A stretch of DNA of 64,000 nucleotides from an uncultured Planctomycetota bacterium (GCA_963845755.1 CAWJTV010000028.1:381814-445813); one strand, 5' to 3'; counted from the first letter of the stretch, positions 30,984 to 41,414 are shown. The notes: generated by a model from the letters alone, not told the origin. Translations and numbers: made by a program.

Positions 30984-33900
30984 TCACGGCTCGTTGAGAG
31001 CCTTGGCAACCACCGTCGCGATCGTGTTGGCGTGGACATACACCGCTTCCAGCTTGCCAGCCGGACCGATCAGGAAGACCGAAGGGATCACTTGAACGTG
31101 ATAAGCATCCTGAGCGCCTCCCTCAGGCCAGTCACCCAGGAAACCTTGTGTCCATCGGAGTCCTTGCTCAGCGGCGACGTTGCGTGATGCCTCCTTGTCG
31201 CCGTCGAGACTCAGGCTCACCATCGCGAATCGTTCGTCCGCGCCGAAGCGGTCATGAACGGCCTTGAGCTCGGGCAACTCAGCGATGCACGGCGCACACC
31301 AGCTCGCCCAGAAGATGAGCAACACGTGCTTGCCCCGATAATCCTGGAGCTTGATCCGACGACCATCGAGCGACGCGGCCTTAAACGGTGGTGCCAGCTC
31401 TCCGATCTTGAGCATCCGCCTCGGCCTGGGCCGCAGTATGCCGAGATCGAATGGCTGGCCACTCGCTGCGCCGGGGACCTCGGGAATGCGGAACTGGCGG
31501 AACGCGTGGGCGGTTCGTTCGGGAGACCGGACGCGCATAGAGATCGGGTCAGTCGTGTAGGTCAGTGTCAATTGGTAGTCTCCGGGTGGAAGGTCCTCAA
31601 CCCGAACGGTTCCGTCCGATTGGAGCGGAGCCCACTGAAGCTGGAACCAATCCCGGCGATATGCCCGTCCCTCGGGGGAGGCCCGCCATTTTCTGGCCCA
31701 CTCGATCATCGACCCATCGCGGCGGGCGAGGAGCTCTTGGGGATAGGGGATCATTGGTCGATCGCTCCCGATATTGAACGCGGAAAACGACGTATAGTCG
31801 GCATTCGGATCGAAGCCGAGAGGCGGCGCGATCCTGGCCACCAAGGCGCGACCTGATCCACCCATCTTGACCTGGGCCACTTCTCCGGACTTGACCTCGA
31901 CGAGCGTTCCGTTCGTTGATGCCTGAAGGCCTGACGCCCGCCTCTCGTATTGAAACGCAACCCGCACGTCTCCCGGGATGACGCGATCGAAGATGAAGCG
32001 GCCTCGTGCATCGGCTTTCGTCCTGCCTGAAGCCAAGACATAGGGTATGTCGCGATTGGCGATGCGATCGGAACCATAGCGGATCTCGGCACCCGATGCC
32101 GGCTTGGCCCCCGTGCGGGCGAACCCTTCGAGACGACCCCACGGACCGGCGGTGATCGTAGAATTCTTCTCGAGGGCCGCTCGATCGACCTCGGCATAGA
32201 ACTCGGGATGGACGACGATCACGGCCCACGCTTTCCCGGCGGGGCCGGGCTCGCGGAGGCTCCGGAAGCGTCCCTGAGCATCGGTCTTCACAATGGCCTG
32301 GTCCTCCACGGGTCGAATCTGACCATCCTCGATATGAACCCTGGGCAGGGGGGATGGACCCGCAATCATCGGATAGGTCACGACGACTTCCGCCCCTTCC
32401 AGGGGCGTGGCGTCGGGTCGGTGCACGATGCCCGTGACCAAGACGCCTTGCGGCTTCTCGGCCTTCGTCAGCTTGACGTCATATTCCACCTGCCCCTCAT
32501 CGCTCTGGAAGACGCGCGACTCGAACGGTTCGTACCCCTTCGCCTTGATCCGGAGCCGGAACTGGTTCGCCTTCTCGGTGTCGAGCGAGGCTTGCAGGTA
32601 TCCCTGGTCCACAAAGCTGCGCGAATTAGCATTCCACGACACTTTGCCGGTATCGCCTTTCACGATGCCAACCTCGAGCTCAGCCTTATCGATGGGATTG
32701 TCGGTAACGGCGTCGCGGACATGACCGCTGATCGACAGCTCGCGCCTGAGCGTCAGCACGATCTCACCGGAATCGGGCGTGGCCCTCTGCTGGAAGACAT
32801 CCGAATAACCGGTGCGACTGGCATCGACGAGAACGGGATCCGCCGGAGCATCCTCCCACCGAAACCGGCCGTCGGACCTGGACTTGAGGAACACCCTCGG
32901 AAATCGGCGGCCGCGCCAGGTGTCGATGTGGACGAAAGCGTCGGGGATCGGTCGATTCTGCGTATCCACCACCCGGCCCGCGAGGACATGCGGAGGTCCC
33001 AGTGTCACGACGACCGGCTCGACCCGGTCCGTGGCTGCAACCGGCTTCATCTCCGGCGCGTGGCCCCGGGCCTTGACTCGAAGCATCATCCGTTTCGGAC
33101 GAACGTGCGGAAATCGGAACTGCCCCTGAGCATCGGTGATCGACAAGGGCGCATCGTCGTAGGGGCCCGGGTCGCTCGCTTCAAAGCAGATGACCTCGGC
33201 GCCCGCGATCGGCTTGCCCGCCTGGTCCGAGACTGTACCGGCGATCGCGACCCCCCGGATCATGACCTGGCGATCCGTGAAATCGCGCAACGCCTGCATC
33301 GGCTGTTCGTCCGGCTTGGGTGGATTCGATGGCCTCGGCTGGCCGTGCTTCCGCGGATAGGAGTCCCCATCCGCGACATAATCCGGGTGCGAGAGGAAGA
33401 GGTAGGCGAACGTCATGTTGCGGAAGGAGCGGCCACGCCACCGGCCTTGCTGGTCGGTCTGAGCGTCCACCATCCAGGCCAGCTCATGTTTCTCCTTCTT
33501 CTCGCCGAGGTAGCCCGAGATCCGAACCTTCACTCCCGCCATCGGATGTCCCTGTTCATCAACGACCGTGCCACCCAGTGTTTGCTCGCTGGGCAATAAC
33601 TCGACCGTGAACTCCCCGGGGATCTTCGCAAATCGCGGATTGTTCTGGGCAAATGAGTGGCGCTGCTGGACGTAGCCCTCGGCCCAGACGTCGAGATTCA
33701 GCGTGTCCTGAAACGAGTCGTGGGACAGATTGATGCGGATCCGGCCGTCGCGGTCCGTTTTCCACTCCGGATGCACGAGATCCCGCGTGGAACGGACCGT
33801 CGCCGAGGCCAGCGGCTTGCCAGTGTCCTTGCCAACGACGATGACCTCGATCGCCCCTTGGGGTGCGTTGACCACGGTCTTCGCCTTCTCATCCGGCGTG

Positions 33901-35108
33901 GCCTGAGTTGTCTCCGGCGGCACAATGGCCTTCGTCGCCGCGCGGGCCAGCTCGATCGAGCCGAGCAACCCGGTGATGGCCAGGAGAACCGCGGCGACCG
34001 CCAGTCTCTCCGGCCACGGCAGCAGGCATCGCGACGATCCCCGGCTCTCCTCGATCCACGCCAGCCGCCGGCCGAGCTTCGTGATGTGCGCCATTGCCAG
34101 TCCAAGACCCGGTTCGGGTCGCCGGACCAATCCCGAGGCGACCGCGATCAATGACGCTCGGTACGCAGAAGCCCCTCCCATTGCAAAGATACACACGTCA
34201 TCGCACGCTTGTTCGCGCACCTCGCGGAGAATCCGGCCCAACGGCCAGATCAGCGGATGCGGCCAGTAAAAGATATGCACGAGCCTGCGCAACAGATTCC
34301 AGCCGTAATCCCCGCGACGGACGTGGCTCAGCTCGTGCAAGATCACCGCGTCAATGAGTCCGGCGCCCGGCGTCTCGGCCAGCGATCGGGGCAGGATGAC
34401 TGCCGGCTGAAGCCATCCGGCAGCGATCGGGATCGAGATCCGATCCGTGCTCATTAACGCGACACGTCGGGAGATCCCCATCCAGCTCCGCCAACGTTCC
34501 AGGGCCGCCAACCACCCCGAATTCTCGATCGACTCGCTCTCGCACCTCAGCCGGCCGATGGCCAGCAGCGAGACGGCCAGCCTCAGCAGGAGCAGGGCAA
34601 CGACTGAAAGATAGACTCCCACGAGCACCTCGAAAACTCCGGGTCTGCGGGTCGGATTCGATTCCTCGGCACTCGGCGGAGTGAGCATTTGCGGCTGCGC
34701 AATCCGCACCGGCGCGGGATCGATCGATGTCGCACTCCCGATTGCGGAGGCTTCAATCGGGCGAACTGCCCTCCGCGGCAACGATCGCCCAGGCAACCTG
34801 TGCGTTTCGGTCGTCGCCCGATCGTCGAGAAGTGGGATGCTCCGGACAAAATCGGCCGTCTCGTCCGAGGCGATCGCTCGGGGCGGGAGGACCGTCAGTC
34901 GCAACCGGGGCGATGCCCAACTCGTCAGGGGCAATACCACCAGTCCCGCCAGGCAGGCATTCCAGAGCGCCGAGCGGACCAGAACACGGCGACGCCCCAG
35001 CACGAGATGGGCCGCGAGGGCCAACGTGAGGAGCACCGTGGACTTGATCGCGACGTCGGTCGCAACGCCAATCGCCTCTGGAAAAGCCAACCTCAGGAAA
35101 TCGACCAT
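30984..35108 (-). CDS. BlaR1/peptidase M56 family protein with carboxypeptidase-regulatory-like repeats and C-terminal TlpA thioredoxin
   Basis: N-terminal TMs; ILHELSHVRRGD; WPHPLIW; REQACDD; repeated GxVxDxxGxPIxGA...TDxxGRF; FWASWCAPC. Confidence 0.92.
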   Translation of the reverse strand: MVDFLRLAFPEAIGVATDVAIKSTVLLTLALAAHLVLGRRRVLVRSALWNACLAGLVVLPLTSWASPRLRLTVLPPRAIASDETADFVRSIPLLDDRATTETHRLPGRSLPRRAVRPIEASAIGSATSIDPAPVRIAQPQMLTPPSAEESNPTRRPGVFEVLVGVYLSVVALLLLRLAVSLLAIGRLRCESESIENSGWLAALERWRSWMGISRRVALMSTDRISIPIAAGWLQPAVILPRSLAETPGAGLIDAVILHELSHVRRGDYGWNLLRRLVHIFYWPHPLIWPLGRILREVREQACDDVCIFAMGGASAYRASLIAVASGLVRRPEPGLGLAMAHITKLGRRLAWIEESRGSSRCLLPWPERLAVAAVLLAITGLLGSIELARAATKAIVPPETTQATPDEKAKTVVNAPQGAIEVIVVGKDTGKPLASATVRSTRDLVHPEWKTDRDGRIRINLSHDSFQDTLNLDVWAEGYVQQRHSFAQNNPRFAKIPGEFTVELLPSEQTLGGTVVDEQGHPMAGVKVRISGYLGEKKEKHELAWMVDAQTDQQGRWRGRSFRNMTFAYLFLSHPDYVADGDSYPRKHGQPRPSNPPKPDEQPMQALRDFTDRQVMIRGVAIAGTVSDQAGKPIAGAEVICFEASDPGPYDDAPLSITDAQGQFRFPHVRPKRMMLRVKARGHAPEMKPVAATDRVEPVVVTLGPPHVLAGRVVDTQNRPIPDAFVHIDTWRGRRFPRVFLKSRSDGRFRWEDAPADPVLVDASRTGYSDVFQQRATPDSGEIVLTLRRELSISGHVRDAVTDNPIDKAELEVGIVKGDTGKVSWNANSRSFVDQGYLQASLDTEKANQFRLRIKAKGYEPFESRVFQSDEGQVEYDVKLTKAEKPQGVLVTGIVHRPDATPLEGAEVVVTYPMIAGPSPLPRVHIEDGQIRPVEDQAIVKTDAQGRFRSLREPGPAGKAWAVIVVHPEFYAEVDRAALEKNSTITAGPWGRLEGFARTGAKPASGAEIRYGSDRIANRDIPYVLASGRTKADARGRFIFDRVIPGDVRVAFQYERRASGLQASTNGTLVEVKSGEVAQVKMGGSGRALVARIAPPLGFDPNADYTSFSAFNIGSDRPMIPYPQELLARRDGSMIEWARKWRASPEGRAYRRDWFQLQWAPLQSDGTVRVEDLPPGDYQLTLTYTTDPISMRVRSPERTAHAFRQFRIPEVPGAASGQPFDLGILRPRPRRMLKIGELAPPFKAASLDGRRIKLQDYRGKHVLLIFWASWCAPCIAELPELKAVHDRFGADERFAMVSLSLDGDKEASRNVAAEQGLRWTQGFLGDWPEGGAQDAYHVQVIPSVFLIGPAGKLEAVYVHANTIATVVAKALNEP

Positions 35109-35109
35109 C

Positions 35110-35536
35110 TCATGCTCCCGGGCGTTTGCCCTTCCGCTCCTGACCGCGCCGGCCCCCCTCTCGCTTCGGGGCCTCGGGTGCCGCTCGTCGCAACTCATCA
35201 AGTTGTTCCGGCGTGATCGTCTCATCCTCGATCAGGCGGAGGACCAGGTCTTCGGCCGACCCGCCGAAGAACCGGCCGAGCAGGTCGCGCAGCGCGTGAC
35301 CCTGCGCCTTCCGCCTACCGATCACCGCGCGGTAGACATACGACTTGCCTCGAACTTCATGGCGAAGGTAGCCCTTCGATTCCAGGACGCGCAAGAATCG
35401 TCCGTACGGTCGAATCGTGCAGCGACTCGGCCAACGCCCCGCGGACCTGCTCCGCGGTCGCATCACCGAGCTGCCATAGCGCCTCCATCACCTGCGATTC
35501 GCGGCCGGTCAGAGTCTCTGACGCTGGACGGGCCAT
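35110..35536 (-). CDS. BlaI/MecI/CopY family repressor; frameshift near 35400
   Basis: MARPASETLTGRESQVMEALW...STVRT / LRVLESKGYL...YVYRA...FFGGS. Confidence 0.9.
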
Positions 35537-35560
35537 GCTCCGGTTCCTCCCGTTAATGAA

Positions 35561-35574
35561 CTAACAGTTGTCGG
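35561..35574. promoter_or_regulatory. Putative BlaI-type operator
   Basis: CTAACA-GT-TGTCGG resembles TACA-NN-TGTA, 25 bp upstream of the repressor start. Confidence 0.5.
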
Positions 35575-35770
35575 CAGCATATCGTCCAACGAGCCGGTCG
35601 GCAAGGCCGTTCCGTTAAAAAACTAACAGGAGAGTCGCCGGATCGGGCTCCACGATGATCCGGATCGTCGAATCGCGGCTGGTCGCGGAACGATGTGACG
35701 GGCTACGATGTCCAATAATCAAATGAACGGAAACGAGACATCCGGCAATCGGGCCGGCAGGGAGACGACG

Positions 35771-36496
35771 ATGGCGACCTTCTTTTGCAGCGATCCGCAC
35801 GCGTTCCACGGCAACATCATGAAATACTGCCGCCGGCTGGCGTTCATGACGCCGGCGGATCGCGAGACGTTCCTGGCCTTGGAGGCCGCCAGCGGCGACC
35901 TCCGGTCCTTCCGATTGACCGACGAGTCGGTGGATGCCATGAATCGCGGCCTGGCCGCGAACATCAATGCCCGAGTCGGTCCCGATGACATCCTCTGGTG
36001 CCTCGGCGACTGGGTCTTCGGAAGTGGTAAGGATTACTACCCGAGGGCCCGATGGTTCCGGGATCAGATCCAGTGCCGTACGATCTTCTTCGTCTGGGGC
36101 AACCACGACGACCGCAAGATCCGCGACCTCTTCAACGCGACGTACGATCAGGCGGAGATCCGGCTCGACGGCGTGAAGATCACACTGAACCATTACCCGA
36201 TGCTGACATGGAACGGCCAGCACCACGGCTCGGCCGAGTCGCCCAACATTCATCTCTATGGACATGTCCACGCTCTCTATCAACGCGAACCTTCGGCTTG
36301 CCCCATCCGCGACGCCGAGGCCTGGGCGGCGCTCGATGTCGGCTTCGACGGCCACGATTATCAGGTCTGGTCCCTGGAAGAGATCCTCGATCGCATGCGG
36401 CCTCGACTGGCCGCACTCGAAGCGCTGAAACGCGAGCGACAGCAATCGGACCCCTTCCGGGGACGGGGACAACGCGTCGGCATGGACGCATTCTGA
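35771..36496 (+). CDS. Calcineurin-like metallophosphoesterase (phage-associated type)
   Basis: SDPHAFH, CLGDW, WGNHD, NHYP, LYGHVH, DVGFDG motifs. Confidence 0.9.
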   Translation: MATFFCSDPHAFHGNIMKYCRRLAFMTPADRETFLALEAASGDLRSFRLTDESVDAMNRGLAANINARVGPDDILWCLGDWVFGSGKDYYPRARWFRDQIQCRTIFFVWGNHDDRKIRDLFNATYDQAEIRLDGVKITLNHYPMLTWNGQHHGSAESPNIHLYGHVHALYQREPSACPIRDAEAWAALDVGFDGHDYQVWSLEEILDRMRPRLAALEALKRERQQSDPFRGRGQRVGMDAF

Positions 36497-36583
36497 ACGG
36501 ACGTCAGGAATCTCCGCCGATCGGCGAACCTCGGCCTGTCTCGACGTGTCGATCCTGGTATCACGACACCTGGAGGCATACCC

Positions 36584-37405
36584 ATGTTCCCGGACATTCT
36601 GGAGCGGAAGTTCCATCGCATCGGGGCGCGGATCAAGCGTCTCGATCGGTCGAGGCGGCTGGCACGTTTCGATTCTCGCCTGCCCGGCGGAAGTCTGAGG
36701 CTTGACGTTCAAACCGACCGCGAGGGGGAATTCTTTGCCATCATCGGCAATGCGAACGCCGGGGCGAAGGTGGAAGTCCTCGACGTCGAGCCCGAAGATC
36801 GCCACCTCTTACTGATGGTGCGACAGGACGGTGCAAAGAACAAGTTCCTCTGCGGTCACGACGAGCGCCACTGGTTCGTGGCCGCGATCCGCGAATCGGC
36901 GCCAGTGGGTACGGTGCGTGCCGCCAAGGAGGCTCTGAAGCCGCCCGAGATCCAGTCGATCCAGGCTCGTCTGGGTCTGCGCTGGGCGGAGCGAAACCGG
37001 CGCAAGAACGCTGCCTACCAGCGTCAAGGAGAATGGTTCTTCGTCCCGGCTCCCGGTCTCAAGGCCGACGAAACGCTCATCCTGCGGGACGAGCCCATCA
37101 CGCGTGGCAACGGCAGCAAGCCGCACACGGCAGAGTTCTGCATCCGAACCGGAGGTGAGACGGTCTACGTCAATCGTCTCTATCCGAACGGCCTCGCAGA
37201 ACTCAACTATCGCCGCCTGATCGAGGAACGACCGGAGGCCAAGAATTGGTCCTGGCGCCTCATGCAGCGAGATTCCCTCGTCTATGTACGGGGCCGCATC
37301 CGCCACGCCGACCACAAGACCATCACACTCAAGGGCTGGCATCGCGTCCTGATGAACACCGAGAATCAGGCCCAGGCCATGCGGCATGTCGCATTCTTGG
37401 ATTAG
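36584..37405 (+). CDS. Uncharacterised protein with RQGEWFF and His-rich motifs
   Basis: RBS GGAGG; CGHDERHWF; RQGEWFFVP; GSKPH; RHADHKTITLKGWHRV. Confidence 0.85.
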   Translation: MFPDILERKFHRIGARIKRLDRSRRLARFDSRLPGGSLRLDVQTDREGEFFAIIGNANAGAKVEVLDVEPEDRHLLLMVRQDGAKNKFLCGHDERHWFVAAIRESAPVGTVRAAKEALKPPEIQSIQARLGLRWAERNRRKNAAYQRQGEWFFVPAPGLKADETLILRDEPITRGNGSKPHTAEFCIRTGGETVYVNRLYPNGLAELNYRRLIEERPEAKNWSWRLMQRDSLVYVRGRIRHADHKTITLKGWHRVLMNTENQAQAMRHVAFLD

Positions 37406-37426
37406 TAACCGCGGCAGCCGCTCCCC

Positions 37427-37452
37427 GGGAGTGGGAATGCGTCTCCACTCCC
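37427..37452. terminator. Hairpin between convergent genes
   Basis: GGGAGTGG-N10-CCACTCCC. Confidence 0.5.
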
Positions 37453-37453
37453 T

Positions 37454-37802
37454 TCAGATCTCGCCCAGGTCCTCTTCCAGTTTCCGGACCAACTCTTCAA
37501 ACTCATGGTCGGCGAGCCGGAGCGTCTGAAGCGGCTCCAGTTCTCCGTCGGAGAGCGCGATCAGATCGGCAGCGCTCGATGAGAGGTTGAGTGCCTTCGC
37601 CCGTCGCTCGATGGCCTTGATCACGATCTGATCGAGCGGGAATGTCGTCGAAATTCGTGTCAGGCGCCTGGCAATCTCGCCCAGGTCTGCCGCGTCGAGG
37701 ATTTCCATGACCATCGAGTCGATGGGCCTCACTGATCAGGTAGAGCGCCTCGGCGAGCCGCTCGAGGGCTTGCTGCTGGCGTCGCGTGGGCTTGGTCGAC
37801 AT
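37454..37802 (-). CDS. Hypothetical helical protein; frameshift near 37705
   Basis: MSTKPTRRQQQALERLAEALYLISEA joined to ILDAADLGEIARRL...LEEDLGEI. Confidence 0.7.
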
Positions 37803-37857
37803 GAGGGTTCGTGCCGTCTCGGATGGTAGCAGAACTTCGGTCTGAGCAGCGCGCCTT

Positions 37858-38049
37858 CTACGATCGTGCTGGCGATGGCGCGTCCGGGGAGCTTTCGGCC
37901 TCGGGGGGAGCTATCCGGCTTGCGGGGCGAGTCGAAGAGGTGAACGCCATTCCGGCCAGGATCGCCACCCAGGACAGGTACACAAACAGGGCCGCCAGGA
38001 AACGCCGGCGCGGGGAGAAGTTCACGGCATCTTCCTCCTTCGTATCCAT
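37858..38049 (-). CDS. Small membrane protein
   Basis: RRRFLAALFVYLSWVAILAGMAF TM; in operon with the upstream genes. Confidence 0.65.
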   Translation of the reverse strand: MDTKEEDAVNFSPRRRFLAALFVYLSWVAILAGMAFTSSTRPASRIAPPEAESSPDAPSPARS

Positions 38050-38086
38050 CAGGGCCGGAGCCGGGGATTCGTAGTCCCCGGTACTC

Positions 38087-38551
38087 CTACGTCAGATCAT
38101 CCTTCGCCAGGACCAGCTTCGGCCTCAGTGCCTTCTCGAACTCGAAGAGGTTGTCGAAATCGGAGCGGGAATCGTTGGGAGTCTTCTCCAGGTCACCGGT
38201 CGCGATCATGTTATAGACGATGTCCCCGACGTCGGATGTGGAACGGATTCCCCAGTGGGCCAGGACCGTCACGGCCAGGAGACCGTAGTGTCGCAAGGCC
38301 AACTTCCGGACGGATTCGCAGAGTTCTCGACCGGTCACATGGCCGGATTGCGCGGGCCGTTGAGACCGGGATCGCTTGGTCCGGGCTTCGCGGGCCGGCT
38401 TCGTGGTCGCCGCCTTGTCGCGATCGCGATCGAGTACCTTCAATTTGTGATGACGCGCGTGATGCAGCGCCTCGAGCACGAAGGCATATCCCTCGATAGT
38501 AAAACGGGGATCGCTCGCGATGATCCGGGGGAACTGATCGCGGAGACTCAT
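38087..38551 (-). CDS. Minf_1886 family (PVC-conserved) protein
   Basis: DPRF..EGYAFVLEAL; HVTGREL; WGIRSTSDVGDIVYNMI; DSRSDF. Confidence 0.88.
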   Translation of the reverse strand: MSLRDQFPRIIASDPRFTIEGYAFVLEALHHARHHKLKVLDRDRDKAATTKPAREARTKRSRSQRPAQSGHVTGRELCESVRKLALRHYGLLAVTVLAHWGIRSTSDVGDIVYNMIATGDLEKTPNDSRSDFDNLFEFEKALRPKLVLAKDDLT

Positions 38552-38676
38552 GGGACAGGTCATCCTGTAAAAGGCCGGGCCGGCTCGGCTCCGGGATGGA
38601 CGATCGCGAATCGGGAATCGGTCATGGAGAACTCGCCGGTTGGGCGCAAGTCGGGGAGATCTAACGCGGGCAGGAA

Positions 38677-39618
38677 TCAAGGCACAAACTCGGTCCAGGG
38701 TTCATCATCAGTCGGCTCTTCATCGTCGTCGTCGAGGTGACTCGGCCGTGGTCCCGACATGGGGCCGCGGGCGTCGTTCCGAGCGGGATGGGGACCGTTC
38801 TGGCCCTTGGCCGGCTCGACGTCGAGGACATCGCCGAGGCCGACGATGACTCGCCCCCGCTCCTCGAGATCCACGACCAGCTTCTGGGCCAGAATCTCCT
38901 GGGCGACCACACGGCCTCGGCCGCCGGCGGTCGTCACGATCGACCCGACCGCGGGGAGGCTGTGCTCCAGCTCGCGATAGGTCTCGTATTCGTAGCGGAG
39001 GCAACATTTGAGCCGCCCGCAACGGCCGGAGATCTTGGCCGGGTCAAGCGTTGTCTTCTGGATCTTCGCCATCTTCATCGAGACGGGCGGCATTCGCGTC
39101 AGGTGCGTGTTGCAACAGACCGGCTTGCCGCAGTCTCCGTAGTCGGCCAGCAGCTTGGCCTCGTCCCGGACCCCGATCTGCCGCATCTCGATCCGGGTCC
39201 GCAGCGAGCGCGCCAGATCCTTGACCAGCTCGCGGAAATCAACGCGCTTCTCGGCCAGATAATAGAAGACCACGCGTTCGCGCCCGTGGATGATCTCGAT
39301 ATCCACGAGGTTCATCTGGAGCCGCCGCTTGGCGACCAGCTCCTGACACGTGTTGAAGTACGACTCTTGATCCCGGTCGAGTCGTGCTTCCTGATCCTTG
39401 TCCTCAACCGTGGCGAGGCGGAGGATCTCCCCGTGGGCCGGGTTCGCCAGGAATCGGGTCGTGCGATCCGATGCCTGGCAGAGGACGTCCCCCACCTCGG
39501 TACCGCGATCACTCCGAACGACGACCTTCTGGCCGCGCGGGTGGTCCTGTCCCGTCAGTCCGGCGAATTCGCCGAGGAACCGCATCCGACCGTACCGAAC
39601 GACGTAAGTCTGATCCAT
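38677..39618 (-). CDS. PSP1-domain protein (RicT/YaaT family)
   Basis: RVDFRELVKDLA; RIEMRQIGVRDEA; CGKPVCC; KISGRCGRLKCCLRYE. Confidence 0.93.
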   Translation of the reverse strand: MDQTYVVRYGRMRFLGEFAGLTGQDHPRGQKVVVRSDRGTEVGDVLCQASDRTTRFLANPAHGEILRLATVEDKDQEARLDRDQESYFNTCQELVAKRRLQMNLVDIEIIHGRERVVFYYLAEKRVDFRELVKDLARSLRTRIEMRQIGVRDEAKLLADYGDCGKPVCCNTHLTRMPPVSMKMAKIQKTTLDPAKISGRCGRLKCCLRYEYETYRELEHSLPAVGSIVTTAGGRGRVVAQEILAQKLVVDLEERGRVIVGLGDVLDVEPAKGQNGPHPARNDARGPMSGPRPSHLDDDDEEPTDDEPWTEFVP

Positions 39619-39798
39619 CCTGGTCCATCCACCAGGTTCGAGGCGTGCACCCAGATCGATGGGTGCAATCAATGCGGAGAGGGAAGCCATCAACCGAATC
39701 TCATCACTCATTATTCCGGAAATCGGAGAATCGCGAAAGAGCGCCTCTCGCGAAATCAGGTGCGTGCCAGGTGAAGAGGAATTCGAGCGGCCCTCCGA

Positions 39799-39955
39799 GA
39801 TCAATTGCCAGAGTTCGACCTCCGTAGGATTCCCGCGCCTCCGCGCATCTGGGTGATCCTTGATTCCGAATTCCCGATTCCCGATTCCTTCTTCATCCGG
39901 AATCCGGAATTGGGAATCATGAATCCTTGACTGGGTTGCGGCCGAAGGCCGCGTT
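39799..39955 (-). repeat. ~160 bp dispersed structured repeat, copy 2
   Basis: Reverse complement begins AACGCGGCCTTCGGCCGCAACCC, then heptamer arrays, CAGATGCGCG...ACTCT...TGATC; homolog of 1828-1990. Confidence 0.8.
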
Positions 39956-39987
39956 GGGTCAGGTTCTTTGGCCTGGCGAGGAAGGGA

Positions 39988-41256
39988 CTACCGGCGGGCG
40001 GGCTGGATCACGAAATGGAACGGCCGGGGTTCGAGGAGCGTCCGTTGGAGTTGCTCGATCCGCTCGTTGATGGTCTTCGCCTGGGAGTGCAATTCGATTC
40101 GCTCCGGGTGCTTCGGCAAAACATGGTCGAGGAAGACCTCGGCCTGCGCGATCTTGTCGCGGGCGTCGGTGAGGTGGATCAAGATGCCCGCCTCGGCATC
40201 CCAGGGACCGCCGGGCTGCCAGCCGTCGGCGGTCGACGACGCGACGTTCAGACCCGTCGCGAGTTGCTTGTCGGTGAAGGTGCCGAGCGCGCGGTCGTCG
40301 GCGGTGATCGCATATCGCCCGGCCGGCAGGTTCGCCACCGACAGCATGTAGCGGTTCAACTCGTCGGGGATCGGTAGATAACGGAACTGCAAGGCACCGA
40401 AGATGCCAAAGTTGATGGGCAGCCCGTCGTCGTGGCGATCGAATTCGAGCCGGCCGCTCGCCGCATCGCGGGAAACGTTCGTCACCCGGCAACCTTCAGC
40501 GGAAAGGAGCTTCGGACCACCGGCATCGATCGACACGGCCGAAACTTCCGCCGGTGCATCCAGGCCCTTGAGGATCGCGAACGCCATCGCCAGTTGGCCC
40601 AGATCGCTCAGGTGGATGCCGTCGGCGGCATGAAGCGTTGCCCGATCCTTAGGCGGTGTCGAGGCATTGGCCGCCAGGACGTTGCGCTGTATTCTCCGCA
40701 TCGTGCGCTGGATGTCGATGGAATGCTCGCCCAGCGAACGGGCCAGCGCCATCCCCTCGTCGCACATGGATTGGAGGAAGCCGTGCTCGGCATTGTCGGG
40801 GTCCTCGGCGGTGATCGCCGCCGAGCCGATGTAGACGCGCACCTTCCGGGCCTTGCATCGTTCGACGATGCCGCGGATCGCGTCCAGGTAGATTCGTTGA
40901 TGCTCGGCGTCGGCCTTGAGGCCCCAGCCGATATCGTTGACCCCGTAGGCGACGATCAACACGGTGGCCCCGCGTTCGAAGACGTCGCGATCGATTCGCG
41001 CGAGTCCGCCGGCTGCCGTGTCGCCGCCCCAGCCGGCGTTGATGAAGCGGACCTTCCGGCCGGGGAACCGCAGTCGCGTGTAGTTCTCGACAATCCTGCC
41101 ATACGTCCGCGCCGCCGTGATGCTGTCGCCCAGGAACACGACCGTGTCGCCGTCGTGTATCCCGAAATCACCACGGGCGCGGCCGGTCCCGACCAGGCTC
41201 AGTCCGCAGAACGCCACGGCCAACAACCCACGCCACTTTGCACGATTCGTCGCCAT
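39988..41256 (-). CDS. Secreted SGNH/GDSL hydrolase
   Basis: Signal peptide; FLGDSIT; NAGWGG; YGVND; DGIH. Confidence 0.92.
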   Translation of the reverse strand: MATNRAKWRGLLAVAFCGLSLVGTGRARGDFGIHDGDTVVFLGDSITAARTYGRIVENYTRLRFPGRKVRFINAGWGGDTAAGGLARIDRDVFERGATVLIVAYGVNDIGWGLKADAEHQRIYLDAIRGIVERCKARKVRVYIGSAAITAEDPDNAEHGFLQSMCDEGMALARSLGEHSIDIQRTMRRIQRNVLAANASTPPKDRATLHAADGIHLSDLGQLAMAFAILKGLDAPAEVSAVSIDAGGPKLLSAEGCRVTNVSRDAASGRLEFDRHDDGLPINFGIFGALQFRYLPIPDELNRYMLSVANLPAGRYAITADDRALGTFTDKQLATGLNVASSTADGWQPGGPWDAEAGILIHLTDARDKIAQAEVFLDHVLPKHPERIELHSQAKTINERIEQLQRTLLEPRPFHFVIQPARR

Positions 41257-41414
41257 GATGATCCTCCTCCCCGATTCGATCGTGTGGGAATCTGACTTCC
41301 CAATCGACGGGAACTCATCGTATCCTGAGAATGCCAGGTTTTCTGGTCCCTCGCCAGTTGCGCCCCGAAGAGACGCCCACCGGAACTCCTCACAACACCA
41401 GACCGGATGATTTT

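Noticed and set aside
35771..37802. Prophage
   Set aside because: No integrase, structural or replication genes and no att sites seen
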